64,000 bases of DNA from a virus, in IMG/VR virus record IMGVR_UViG_3300011115_000650; one strand, written 5' to 3'. The stretch's first letter is position 1; every line of letters begins with the position of its first letter. The notes below the pieces were generated by a model, which saw only the letters and a program-made list of their open reading frames with translations, ran no database searches and was not told the origin of the DNA. This document shows, in pieces, positions 39,751 to 48,238 of the stretch. Both the position numbers and the translations under genes were made by a program.

Positions 39751-40245
39751 TTAAGCCTTCTTCCTCTTAGCGTCTCTTAATGCTTGCTTATGCGCTTCTG
39801 ATAACGGTTTACCTTTCTTAGATAGACTACATTTCTTTCTTATCTCTTCAGTCCTTTCGTAAGGCACCTTACCCTCCATCCACTTTTCAACAACCTCCCT
39901 AGGTATCTTTCTACCTGTCAAGGTCTTAGATATCTTAGCTTTAGTCTCTTCGCTTAACCTACCCGCCCTAAAATGCAAAGGAGTATACCTTAAATTCAAC
40001 CCCTCATCTAATACCTTAAAATGCTCCTGCCAAAACCTCTCCCTCTCATTAAGCTCTTCTAGAGAACATTCCTCTAAAACTTCGAACGTGTGACTATCTA
40101 CTGCGTACTTAAGAAAAGATGCATGTAACTTAGGCTGTCCCTTGCACCCACACTTTTTATAATGACGCCACCTTCCTTGTATATCTGTACTCTGACCGAT
40201 ATAGACCCTACCCTTAGGGTTCATAATTTTGTATATTCCTATCAT
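39751..40245 (-). CDS. GIY-YIG homing endonuclease with NUMOD3-like repeats
   Basis: MIGIYKI...VYIGQS..I..RW..Y; ERE; LSEETKAKIS, LSEAHK. Confidence 0.9.
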   Translation of the reverse strand: MIGIYKIMNPKGRVYIGQSTDIQGRWRHYKKCGCKGQPKLHASFLKYAVDSHTFEVLEECSLEELNERERFWQEHFKVLDEGLNLRYTPLHFRAGRLSEETKAKISKTLTGRKIPREVVEKWMEGKVPYERTEEIRKKCSLSKKGKPLSEAHKQALRDAKRKKA

Positions 40246-40337
40246 AAAAAAAGCCTCTGATTACTGTAAAGATCTGGTACATCTCTACAATGAAAAAGAG
40301 GCTAATAAGTTTTAGCATTCGAACAGGTACCAGCTAT
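40246..40337 (-). promoter_or_regulatory. Structured 5' leader of the homing endonuclease (hairpin plus possible pseudoknot)
   Basis: AGCCTCT/AGAGGCT outer stem, inner stem, loop GTACCAG complementary to upstream CTGGTAC; T-run directly before ATG. Confidence 0.55.
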
Positions 40338-40372
40338 TCTATATAATATAAATAGCTATAAAGTACTACTTT

Positions 40373-41170
40373 CTAACAATATTCTTCAGCTAATTCAAAT
40401 AACTTTTCATTTAAAGCTACATCGGCTTGGATATTTACAATCTTTCGAACCCTCCTCTCCTTCTTGTCTGCTCCTATCATCGTAAATCCGCCTCTCACTA
40501 AACGCTCCTGTACACGATTTAAAGTAACCCAGATACTCGATCCATCATCCTCAGCTCTAGTAGAGGTTAAGACCTGATTGATTTCATAATCATCTACTAA
40601 TCTTTCTTCGCCAAATCTAGCTTGGATGGCTTTATAAGCGAATGATCTTTGCTCATCTGGTGTCATCATAGTCTGAGAGAATACATTAATCTTCTCTACC
40701 ATCTTAGGTAAGCTCTCTACAACACTCTGTACCAGCTTCTGAAGATCTTCGAAGGTATATCCAAAGTGACGTAAGCTGAATTCACCTAAGTCCTTACTCT
40801 TTACAATCAATCCATTTGAACAGATCATACGAAAGATACCAACAGAGAACTTTAACTTACCCCAACCTCTTGCATTGTTCTGAATCAAGATCTGAGGATA
40901 GGCCTCAATCTCACCTTGATCATCTTTGATAAAGATATCTGGATGATAGAATACTACCATATGTTTACCGAACTTCTTTTGAATCTGGTTCTTAGTCTTC
41001 ATCGTCTTAGCATCCGATACCTGCCATCCAAGCTTTGCCATATCATCTACGATTTGATGAGTGGGTAAGAAGACATACTTCTCTGATACCTGATCATAAG
41101 GCTTTGTGGTGTAGACCTGTGGTGCTCTTTCTTTGATTTGCTCTGGTGTTAATGTTACTAATTTTTGCAT
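40373..41170 (-). CDS. DUF932/DUF945 family protein
   Basis: VSEKYVFLPT, KHMVVF, GIFRMICSNGL, W.TLNRVQE. Confidence 0.8.
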   Translation of the reverse strand: MQKLVTLTPEQIKERAPQVYTTKPYDQVSEKYVFLPTHQIVDDMAKLGWQVSDAKTMKTKNQIQKKFGKHMVVFYHPDIFIKDDQGEIEAYPQILIQNNARGWGKLKFSVGIFRMICSNGLIVKSKDLGEFSLRHFGYTFEDLQKLVQSVVESLPKMVEKINVFSQTMMTPDEQRSFAYKAIQARFGEERLVDDYEINQVLTSTRAEDDGSSIWVTLNRVQERLVRGGFTMIGADKKERRVRKIVNIQADVALNEKLFELAEEYC

Positions 41171-41247
41171 AATGTCTGTATTGTTTTTATTATTTAACTA
41201 AAGATACGATAAAGTATTCATACGAGCAACTTTATTTTAATTTAGTC

Positions 41248-41341
41248 ATACAGGGTATAGTCTAACCGCCTTAATTATTCCAGAGACTCACCTAGTTTTA
41301 TCGGCCGATTATTGACTAGGCTTAGGCTTTATACCCTGTAT
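41248..41341 (-). ncRNA. Putative ~94-nt structured RNA
   Basis: 12-bp perfect terminal inverted repeat ATACAGGGTATA/TATACCCTGTAT; inner CCTAGT/ACTAGG stem. Confidence 0.45.
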
Positions 41342-41350
41342 AACGATATG

Positions 41351-41440
41351 TAGTCAGGACAGGATTCGAACCTGTTAGGAGTTATTGACTATTACCTCCG
41401 CCGCTCACTCGGTGCGTCTAACCAATTCCGCCACCTGACT
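41351..41440 (-). tRNA. tRNA-like RNA (class II/Leu-like body, anticodon undetermined)
   Basis: Acceptor AGTCAGG/CCTGACT, D region TGGCGGAATTGGTTAGACGC, T arm ACAGG-TTCGAAT-CCTGT; no canonical anticodon arm; no encoded CCA. Confidence 0.7.
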
Positions 41441-41450
41441 ATTTTATAAC

Positions 41451-41561
41451 CTACATTCTATTATGATAGAACCAGGTTTTGCTATGTGAAGGACAATTTG
41501 TACTTCTGCAACTTGTAAGACCTAAAACTACTACTGCTAATACTGCTAATACTTTTTTCAT
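41451..41561 (-). CDS. 36-aa lipoprotein (not in ORF track)
   Basis: MKKVLAVLAVVVLGLTSCRSTNCPSHSKTWFYHNRM*; LTSC lipobox; own promoter. Confidence 0.7.
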   Translation of the reverse strand: MKKVLAVLAVVVLGLTSCRSTNCPSHSKTWFYHNRM

Positions 41562-41629
41562 AACTTTTAATTTTTGTTTGTTTTTTAATATACCTAAATA
41601 TATGAACCTTATTTCAGACTACCAACTTT

Positions 41630-41824
41630 TTATCCTAAAAATACTGCTCTATCTTTACTAAATTTTGTACTCACATTTAATTCAGTAGCCCACTCATAGA
41701 ATGATGCAGTAACATAGCCTCCAACCGTTCTTCTACTAGGAGTAGGGACTGGAGTACCTCTTTTCTTCTTACCGACGATATTGCGTTTTGCTTTTAAGAC
41801 CAGTGTTGTGATTTGACGTTTCAT
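41630..41824 (-). CDS. Early basic hypothetical protein
   Basis: Own promoter copy. Confidence 0.6.
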   Translation of the reverse strand: MKRQITTLVLKAKRNIVGKKKRGTPVPTPSRRTVGGYVTASFYEWATELNVSTKFSKDRAVFLG

Positions 41825-41880
41825 AACTTTTTTATTTTTGATTTATCTAAAGATAGGATATTGGATTCAGACGAGCAACT

Positions 41881-42138
41881 TTATTTCTCTAAAGATTCCA
41901 TAAATTCTTGCATAGTATCTTCCTCACCTTTAAAATAACCTAATACTTCAAACTTACCTTTTTCCATATCGGAAATTAAAATACCTAAACTCTCATAACT
42001 GTCAATCACAGCTATCAAATCCCCCATACCTTTAAAATGATCCTGGTATTCATTTAATGTAATATCGTAGCGTCTATCAGACCATAGTTGAATTGCATTA
42101 CCTACTAAATTTTCTTTTGCACTTGATAATAATGACAT
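41881..42138 (-). CDS. Early hypothetical protein
   Basis: Own promoter copy. Confidence 0.65.
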   Translation of the reverse strand: MSLLSSAKENLVGNAIQLWSDRRYDITLNEYQDHFKGMGDLIAVIDSYESLGILISDMEKGKFEVLGYFKGEEDTMQEFMESLEK

Positions 42139-42199
42139 ATTTTTTATTTTTTGATTATACCTAAATATAGTTACTTTATTTCAGACTACCAACTTTATT

Positions 42200-42397
42200 T
42201 TAAAACTCTCCTAATTTTAATCCATTCCAAAGTTCATCTAATCTCTCATCTGAAATCCTAACTGTAGTATCTGGACATTCTGAGATTAACATTCTAACAA
42301 GTCTCAATCTTTTAGAAGCCATTTCCGGATTAGTTGTAAGTTCTATTTCCATATCTTCTAAATGGCTAAGAACTATTATGCTTACTTTTGTTGTCAT
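42200..42397 (-). CDS. Early hypothetical protein
   Basis: Own promoter copy. Confidence 0.65.
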   Translation of the reverse strand: MTTKVSIIVLSHLEDMEIELTTNPEMASKRLRLVRMLISECPDTTVRISDERLDELWNGLKLGEF

Positions 42398-42457
42398 ATC
42401 TTTTATTTTTGATTATACCTAAATATAGCTACTTTATTTCATACTACCAACTTTATT

Positions 42458-42610
42458 TTACCAATTATACCACCTAAAACTTTTACTACCGCATTTACAT
42501 TTAAACTCTCTAGCCCATTTCTTTAATGTAAAATTGTACTTTCTGCGAGACTCTTTACCGCAGCTATGACATTGACACTTTTTAACTTCCAAATGATGAT
42601 TATTAGCCAT
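42458..42610 (-). CDS. 50-aa zinc-ribbon protein (not in ORF track)
   Basis: MANNHHLEVKKCQCHSCGKES...FKCKCGSKSFRWYNW*; own promoter. Confidence 0.65.
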   Translation of the reverse strand: MANNHHLEVKKCQCHSCGKESRRKYNFTLKKWAREFKCKCGSKSFRWYNW

Positions 42611-42672
42611 ATCTTTTATTTTTGATTATACCTAAATATAGGTACTATTATTCAAACGAGCAACTTTAACAC

Positions 42673-42697
42673 AAAAAAAAATCCCCTAGAAAGGGGA
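42673..42697 (-). terminator. Intrinsic terminator
   Basis: TCCCCT-TTCT-AGGGGA followed by T9. Confidence 0.8.
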
Positions 42698-42732
42698 CTT
42701 AGTGGTGTTGTCATAAGATAGGGTTAGGACAA

Positions 42733-42969
42733 TTAAGCTGATAATACAGCTACTTCTGTTTTAAGGCGAGATACCAATTGGGCGTTGGTTAATCTACGGT
42801 TCGCCATTCGGTAAGCGGCTGAGGTGATTGAAGAATTGAATCTTCTGCCATTCATTACATTGCTAACGTGAGATACTGAGTACCCACTCTCTGTGGCTAG
42901 CTTGGTTAGATCTCCTCTACGTCTCTTTTGCTGAAACTTAGCTACCTTTGTGATTTCTGTTAAATTCAT
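42733..42969 (-). CDS. Small helix-turn-helix DNA-binding protein
   Basis: GDLTKLATESGYSVSHVSNVMNGRR (XRE-like HTH). Confidence 0.7.
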   Translation of the reverse strand: MNLTEITKVAKFQQKRRRGDLTKLATESGYSVSHVSNVMNGRRFNSSITSAAYRMANRRLTNAQLVSRLKTEVAVLSA

Positions 42970-43035
42970 ACTGCTTGTTTTTATTTACTATTTTAATATA
43001 AGGACTCTGATTCAATCGACCAACTTTATTTTTTT

Positions 43036-43395
43036 TTAATCTTTATGATTTAGAGTAGCCCAGAAGTAGATAAAACCTATCAGGGATACTAATAAGAATA
43101 TACCATCTAGCCCTAAGAAGAATAATATTACAGAATCGATGTCTCCCTGTAAATTACAGAGGATAATTACTTGGATGATAAGTCCTATACAAAACAGGCC
43201 AAACGCTCTCTTTCCTATTCTCTCCCCTGTCTGGCTATCTGGCTTCCTACCCTGTAGCCTAGCGTAACAATCGTATATACCATTCCATCCAGCTCCTATG
43301 ATAAAGTATACAACTAGGGTTATGATTAAGAACTTCAAGGTCTCAACTATACCATCAAGTAGGGCTAGGGTCGAAGATTTGTTTTGATCTGACAT
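43036..43395 (-). CDS. Membrane protein (3 predicted TM helices)
   Basis: Three hydrophobic segments. Confidence 0.6.
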   Translation of the reverse strand: MSDQNKSSTLALLDGIVETLKFLIITLVVYFIIGAGWNGIYDCYARLQGRKPDSQTGERIGKRAFGLFCIGLIIQVIILCNLQGDIDSVILFFLGLDGIFLLVSLIGFIYFWATLNHKD

Positions 43396-43417
43396 AGCAG
43401 TTTAATGTTTTAAAGGT

Positions 43418-43669
43418 TTAATATTCTTCTTCTACATCGAAGTTATCCTCTTCCTCATACACTTCATTCTCTACATTGGCTAGGAATGTATCCAAGTTAT
43501 TCAATAGGCCATCAAATGGCTTTTCGATCATAGCTACAAAGTCTGATTCCTCGACCGAGCTAAAGCCAACCGTAGCAGCATCAATGCTAGCATTCTCTCT
43601 TAGGGTTTCTAATTGCTCTCTTAACTCCTGTAATAGTTCTACTTTTGAATTTTGTTTCCTTCTTGACAT
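43418..43669 (-). CDS. Acidic hypothetical protein
   Basis: C-terminus EVYEEEDNFDVEEEY. Confidence 0.6.
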   Translation of the reverse strand: MSRRKQNSKVELLQELREQLETLRENASIDAATVGFSSVEESDFVAMIEKPFDGLLNNLDTFLANVENEVYEEEDNFDVEEEY

Positions 43670-43692
43670 ATGATTTTTATTTTTATTGATTG

Positions 43693-44022
43693 TTAATTAA
43701 TTTCACTACCTGTCTCTCCTAATAGTATTCTTTCAGCATACCAATAACTCACATCCTCCATCGGCATCGTCATCATCAACTGACGCAGCATCTGTTCTTC
43801 CATATGATTAGCCTTTAGATACTCTTGCATATCCTCTCCTGTCATCTCTGCTAACTCCATATCATCCTCATATATCCAATTAGCATAATTATCCTTACCC
43901 TCTACCTGAACTCGATAAGAACTATCCTCACCTGCCTCGGTAATAAATCCTACATCACCTTTCTTTAGTATCGATTGACGTGCATCTAATACTCTTACTT
44001 TTTGACCTACTCTAAATTGCAT
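43693..44022 (-). CDS. Early protein with KOW/SH3-like module
   Basis: FRVGQKVRV...GDVGFI; own promoter. Confidence 0.6.
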   Translation of the reverse strand: MQFRVGQKVRVLDARQSILKKGDVGFITEAGEDSSYRVQVEGKDNYANWIYEDDMELAEMTGEDMQEYLKANHMEEQMLRQLMMTMPMEDVSYWYAERILLGETGSEIN

Positions 44023-44097
44023 ATTTTTTATTTTTATTGATTATACCTAAATATATGAACTACTATTCGTACTAACAACTTTATTTTAACTAATTTT

Positions 44098-44132
44098 AAA
44101 AAAGAGGCCACCCCGTAGAAACAGGGCAGGCC
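44098..44132 (-). terminator. Intrinsic terminator
   Basis: GGCC-T-GCCCTGT-TTCT-ACGGGGT-GGCC followed by a T-run. Confidence 0.65.
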
Positions 44133-44149
44133 GTTTTTACAATCAAAAA

Positions 44150-45046
44150 TTACGAGTTTAAAGAATATTCACCATCCACCTCTTCCTCCTTCTCCTCAAC
44201 CAAAGTTCCATAATGAATATCCTGATTATTTAGTTGGTAAGTAAATTTAATACCTGCTTGACCGTTTCTATTTTTTGAGAACATAATATAAGTTCCTCCT
44301 CCCTCTCTCTCCCCTTCCCTCTTTAATTCCATATGCGCATCTGTGATATGCTTAATCTTATTTGAACCTACAAACACTCCTGCTTTAGTTACTTGTTGGA
44401 TTAATAGGAATGAAGTATACTTTCCTAATTCATTATTAGCTTCATTATGCTCAACGCATAAATCAACCAACCACTTCTCTGCCTGGCTCTGAGACATACT
44501 AGCATCCTCTTTAACCGATTCTAATACCTCAACTATACTATCGATTAGGATATAGTCATATCCCTTTTTAAACAACTGCTCTATAACTTCCTTAGAGTTA
44601 TAATTCATGAAATCAGAAGTAAAGATAGTCTCCAAGTTACCAAAAATTGGAAACCTTTGAGTATACTTAAACATTTGAATCTTTGACATCTCAGCACAAA
44701 CAAACAAACATTTTAATTTAGGATTCTTTAACTGTAAACTAGCCAAGGTATGTAGCAATACAGTCGTTTTACCAACCCCTGGATCTCCTGTAGCCATTAT
44801 ATTAGTTCCTACTGGAACACCTCCCTCGTATGAGAAGATAGTATCCAATACCAACCCTGTTTTATTTATTTTTAACATGTTGGAGTTTATATTAATATGA
44901 TCCAACTTTACTACCTTACCGAAGTCTATGACTTGAGGTACTTTAGGCTCCATAACCTGGCCTGATTTTCTTACTAGGTACTCTTCAAGAGTTAATCCTA
45001 GATCTTTTGCTTTTTTAGTAGCGTAATACTTTTGTGTGTAAGTCAT
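44150..45046 (-). CDS. RadA/Sms-like (RecA/KaiC fold) ATPase
   Basis: Walker A GDPGVGKTT, AEMS, ILIDSI, VTKAG.F.GS..IKH..D, KNRNG. Confidence 0.8.
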   Translation of the reverse strand: MTYTQKYYATKKAKDLGLTLEEYLVRKSGQVMEPKVPQVIDFGKVVKLDHININSNMLKINKTGLVLDTIFSYEGGVPVGTNIMATGDPGVGKTTVLLHTLASLQLKNPKLKCLFVCAEMSKIQMFKYTQRFPIFGNLETIFTSDFMNYNSKEVIEQLFKKGYDYILIDSIVEVLESVKEDASMSQSQAEKWLVDLCVEHNEANNELGKYTSFLLIQQVTKAGVFVGSNKIKHITDAHMELKREGEREGGGTYIMFSKNRNGQAGIKFTYQLNNQDIHYGTLVEEKEEEVDGEYSLNS

Positions 45047-45119
45047 GTTGTAATTTTTTGATTATACCTAAATATAGGTTAAATGTTTCAGACTAGCAAC
45101 TTTATTTTAAAATAATTTT

Positions 45120-45227
45120 CTACTCTTCATCACTTTCAAATACACAATGTTCATAACATTCAGGACATATACCTATGTCTTCTGAAGTAACCTCTGCTAC
45201 CGCTCCGCAACAATTTGATGTTATCAT
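45120..45227 (-). CDS. 35-aa Cys-rich metal-binding peptide (not in ORF track)
   Basis: MITSNCCGAVAEVTSEDIGICPECYEHCVFESDEE*; own promoter. Confidence 0.7.
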   Translation of the reverse strand: MITSNCCGAVAEVTSEDIGICPECYEHCVFESDEE

Positions 45228-45287
45228 ATCTTTTATTTTTGATTATACCTAAATGTACGAACTTTATTTCAGACTAGCAACTTTATT

Positions 45288-45542
45288 TTAAAAATCTTTC
45301 CAAGTAGTATGCTTACTTCTTATTTCTAGGTATTCAAAATGCTCTGCTAATTGGAAAATATCCATACTAAATTCCATCTCTTCACACATACTACTTACTT
45401 CAACTTCACAATCATACCAAGCAACTTCTTTGTCCCATCTACTATCTTTTATAACATCAGAACCTAAAATTTTAATAACATCATGTTTCATGATAATTAC
45501 CTGACTGTCTAATACTAAATTTTTTGTGCACTTTAATAGCAT
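45288..45542 (-). CDS. Early hypothetical protein (start revised to MLLKCT)
   Basis: The upstream extension is the translated promoter. Confidence 0.6.
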   Translation of the reverse strand: MLLKCTKNLVLDSQVIIMKHDVIKILGSDVIKDSRWDKEVAWYDCEVEVSSMCEEMEFSMDIFQLAEHFEYLEIRSKHTTWKDF

Positions 45543-45576
45543 ATGTTTTAATTTTTGATTGTACCTAAAGATAAGT

Positions 45577-45594
45577 AAAAGGCCCCGAAGGGCC
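45577..45594 (-). terminator. Terminator hairpin embedded in a promoter spacer
   Basis: GGCCC-TTCG-GGGCC-TTTT (cUUCGg tetraloop). Confidence 0.7.
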
Positions 45595-45614
45595 AACTAT
45601 TTTGTAAACTTTTT

Positions 45615-45899
45615 TTAATTTATTTTGCTAAAGCAAAACCTTGTACCTTGGTAATAGCCTCCGTAATATCCCACTCTTCCAGTATTAAGCCTAGCATAAT
45701 GGAATTTAAAACCTCTTTTTTCCATTTCAGTAACCACAGCTGCTTTTTGCGAATCAGTAACCTGTAATCCACAAAATTTAACTCCGACAGCTTTTTGACC
45801 TTTTGGTTTACGGCTATCTGAGAATACATACCTACCTGTTCCTAAATTTAAACTTTTTAAAACCTTTCTTAATTCAGACGTAACTGTTACTTTTGACAT
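45615..45899 (-). CDS. Early basic protein (start revised to MSKVTV)
   Basis: The upstream extension is the translated promoter. Confidence 0.6.
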   Translation of the reverse strand: MSKVTVTSELRKVLKSLNLGTGRYVFSDSRKPKGQKAVGVKFCGLQVTDSQKAAVVTEMEKRGFKFHYARLNTGRVGYYGGYYQGTRFCFSKIN

Positions 45900-45955
45900 A
45901 TTATTTAATTTTTGATTATACCTAAATATAGCTACTTTATTTCGATTAGGCAACT

Positions 45956-46189
45956 TTATTTTTCTGGGTCTTCAGGTACTATAAATATGCCAATTTCTGG
46001 TACATCAACTTCCTTACCGGCAAGTTCATCAATGAAATACATTCTACCATCCTCTCCTTCAAACATCATATCATCAGTCCAATCCTCTACGTTATTAAGA
46101 ACACTAAATATGATATCTCCTCTCATAGAAGACTCAGTTCTACCCCTGTTATCAATAGTTTCTGTGCAACAAATAATTTTAATTGCCAT
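45956..46189 (-). CDS. Early acidic hypothetical protein
   Basis: Own promoter copy. Confidence 0.65.
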   Translation of the reverse strand: MAIKIICCTETIDNRGRTESSMRGDIIFSVLNNVEDWTDDMMFEGEDGRMYFIDELAGKEVDVPEIGIFIVPEDPEK

Positions 46190-46246
46190 GTTTTATTATT
46201 TTTTGATTATACCTAAATATAGGATATTGGATTCAGACTACCAACT

Positions 46247-46726
46247 TTATTTTGCAAAAGTTTTAATAATTGCTTTCATTTCACCTAATTCCTTTTTCAA
46301 CTTCTTCATATCATATGAACCTTTACAAGCAGTTTTATAACCCTCCTCTGAACCAAATACCTCAATAAACCTAGCACATTTTTCTTTCCAATATTCTCCT
46401 TCTAATTCAGAAGCCCATTTGTATCCAAAATCATTAAAGTCTCTTGAATCTCCTAAACTAATACCATTCTCAGTCATATTAGCAATATTCAACATCCTAT
46501 CCCCTATTATCGATAATAAATCCTGGGAAGTAAAATTGTAATTATTTTTCATAGCATGAAAGTTAACACCTACATTTGAAGTATCTACTCCTACTCCTGC
46601 CCTACACCATACCTTGTAATGATCAAATGGTCTAATATTCTCCCACATACCATCTGAGATTTGACCTGATAATTCATTTTTGAATAATGCTACTTGGATT
46701 TGATTTGCGAAATTAATCTTGTTCAT
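46247..46726 (-). CDS. Early hypothetical protein (start revised to MNKINF)
   Basis: ELSGQISDGMWEN motif; the upstream extension is the promoter. Confidence 0.65.
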   Translation of the reverse strand: MNKINFANQIQVALFKNELSGQISDGMWENIRPFDHYKVWCRAGVGVDTSNVGVNFHAMKNNYNFTSQDLLSIIGDRMLNIANMTENGISLGDSRDFNDFGYKWASELEGEYWKEKCARFIEVFGSEEGYKTACKGSYDMKKLKKELGEMKAIIKTFAK

Positions 46727-46804
46727 ATTTGTTATTTTTTGATTATACCTAAAGATAAGAAATAGGGAGCAATATTCCAACTACTCCCTAAACTTTTTTT
46801 TAAA

Positions 46805-47083
46805 TTAAATTGCTAGAGGAGCTTTTGAAGCAACTTCATCCATAAAATTTAAAGCCTCTTCATCTGACATCAACATTCCATCATACTCTAAATGCACTGA
46901 AAGCCTAACATCATTATGCAGTAGACAATCTTCTAATGCAGCATAGACAGCTAAATTATCATAGGCCGATAAATCCATTTCAGCAACATAATCGTCTGCA
47001 CTATCTTTCTCAATTCCAAATCCCATTTTAGCATAAGCTTCAATTTCGCTAACATCGATAAAAGCAAATAATTTTTTTGTCAT
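46805..47083 (-). CDS. Early acidic hypothetical protein
   Basis: Own promoter copy. Confidence 0.65.
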   Translation of the reverse strand: MTKKLFAFIDVSEIEAYAKMGFGIEKDSADDYVAEMDLSAYDNLAVYAALEDCLLHNDVRLSVHLEYDGMLMSDEEALNFMDEVASKAPLAI

Positions 47084-47143
47084 ATTGTTTATTTTTGATT
47101 AGACCTAAATATAGGCTTTTAATTTTAGACTACCAACTTTTTT

Positions 47144-47305
47144 TTAAATAAAATCTGAAATAAATTCATCTACTTCCTCCTCACTTTCTAGAGCTAAAAA
47201 TAAATCTCTCCCATTAATTCCTAAATTCTCCTCTATAGCATTTTCAATTTCTGAAGATCTAACTGTTCCAAATTTTGTCTCTAAATAGCTAATTGCTGTA
47301 AACAT
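47144..47305 (-). CDS. 53-aa acidic protein (not in ORF track)
   Basis: MFTAISYLETKFG...ESEEEVDEFISDFI*; own promoter. Confidence 0.65.
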   Translation of the reverse strand: MFTAISYLETKFGTVRSSEIENAIEENLGINGRDLFLALESEEEVDEFISDFI

Positions 47306-47361
47306 ATTTTTTATTTTTGATTAGACCTAAATATATGAACTAGTATTCAGACTACCAACTT

Positions 47362-47559
47362 TTATTTTAAACTATATTCTAATTGTTTGAATAGATTATA
47401 GCCTGTAGGAGAGGGGAAGTAACGCTGAAACCAATTCGATACTGTTAGATAAGGTATAGTCTCTTGATTGACAAATTCCTCTCCAAAGCATTGACAGGCA
47501 TAAGGATATTCTTTGGCTAGATGTAATCGAACTTGGTTGGTTTCAAATGAAGTTATCAT
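47362..47559 (-). CDS. Early hypothetical protein (start revised to MITSFE)
   Basis: The upstream extension is the translated promoter. Confidence 0.6.
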   Translation of the reverse strand: MITSFETNQVRLHLAKEYPYACQCFGEEFVNQETIPYLTVSNWFQRYFPSPTGYNLFKQLEYSLK

Positions 47560-47641
47560 ATTAATTTGTTTTTGATTATACCTAAAGATAAGTAATAGGG
47601 AGCAATTAAACAACTACTCCCTAAACTTTTTTTAACCTCTA

Positions 47642-47887
47642 CTAGTACTTAACTAACTCTGCAGAATTTACAAATACTAGAGCTCCTAAATCCTCTTGCG
47701 CACTTTCCTCTAAAATTTCTACTTCAAACCACTCCCAAGTTTCTGGCTTATCTAATTCCGGAGCTATTCCCTCCATAGCTTTAGAACAAGTACTAGGCCC
47801 TTCCTCAAACTTAACCTCTCTAACTACTCTAACTTTATCTTCCCATAGCGTAACATACTCTTCTCCTACTTTAATTTTGCTTTGCAT
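47642..47887 (-). CDS. Early hypothetical protein
   Basis: Own promoter; IKVGEEYV. Confidence 0.65.
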   Translation of the reverse strand: MQSKIKVGEEYVTLWEDKVRVVREVKFEEGPSTCSKAMEGIAPELDKPETWEWFEVEILEESAQEDLGALVFVNSAELVKY

Positions 47888-47952
47888 ATTTTTTATTTTT
47901 TGATTATACCTAAATATAGTATATTGGATTCAAACGAGCAACTTTATTTTGA

Positions 47953-48177
47953 TTATTCTTCGGAATAAATCTCCCATTCCTTTCTTAAATTGCTTTTAAA
48001 AGTTTCCTGAGAAGCTTTATCTAAATCCTCAAATCCAATTTCAAATTCATCTCTCAATATCTCATCAAAACCTTCAATACTCTCCTTAATATAGGATTTC
48101 TTATTAGGATAATCTCCTGGGAAATTATCATCGAAGAAAAATTCATTTACAAATTGGGTAATTTTTTGATTTTGCAT
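47953..48177 (-). CDS. Early acidic hypothetical protein
   Basis: Own promoter copy. Confidence 0.65.
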   Translation of the reverse strand: MQNQKITQFVNEFFFDDNFPGDYPNKKSYIKESIEGFDEILRDEFEIGFEDLDKASQETFKSNLRKEWEIYSEE

Positions 48178-48238
48178 AACTTTTTATTTTTGATTATACC
48201 TAAATATAGATTAATTATTTCAGACTAGCAACTCTTTT

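Noticed and set aside
41248-41440. Retron msr/msd or tmRNA interpretation of the structured RNAs
   Set aside because: There is no reverse transcriptase in the window, and no tag reading frame or Ala-type acceptor stem.
45620-45829. Alternative-frame ORF inside 45615-45899 (likewise 56986-57177)
   Set aside because: Nested in a better-supported gene on the same strand, with no start context.
39662-47613. Shared IFRYNQK peptide at the N-termini of ORFs 39470, 45288, 45615, 46247 and 47362
   Set aside because: It is the promoter sequence (ATCTTTAGGTATAATCAAAAA or its ATATTT variant) translated from spurious TTG starts; the true ATGs lie just downstream.
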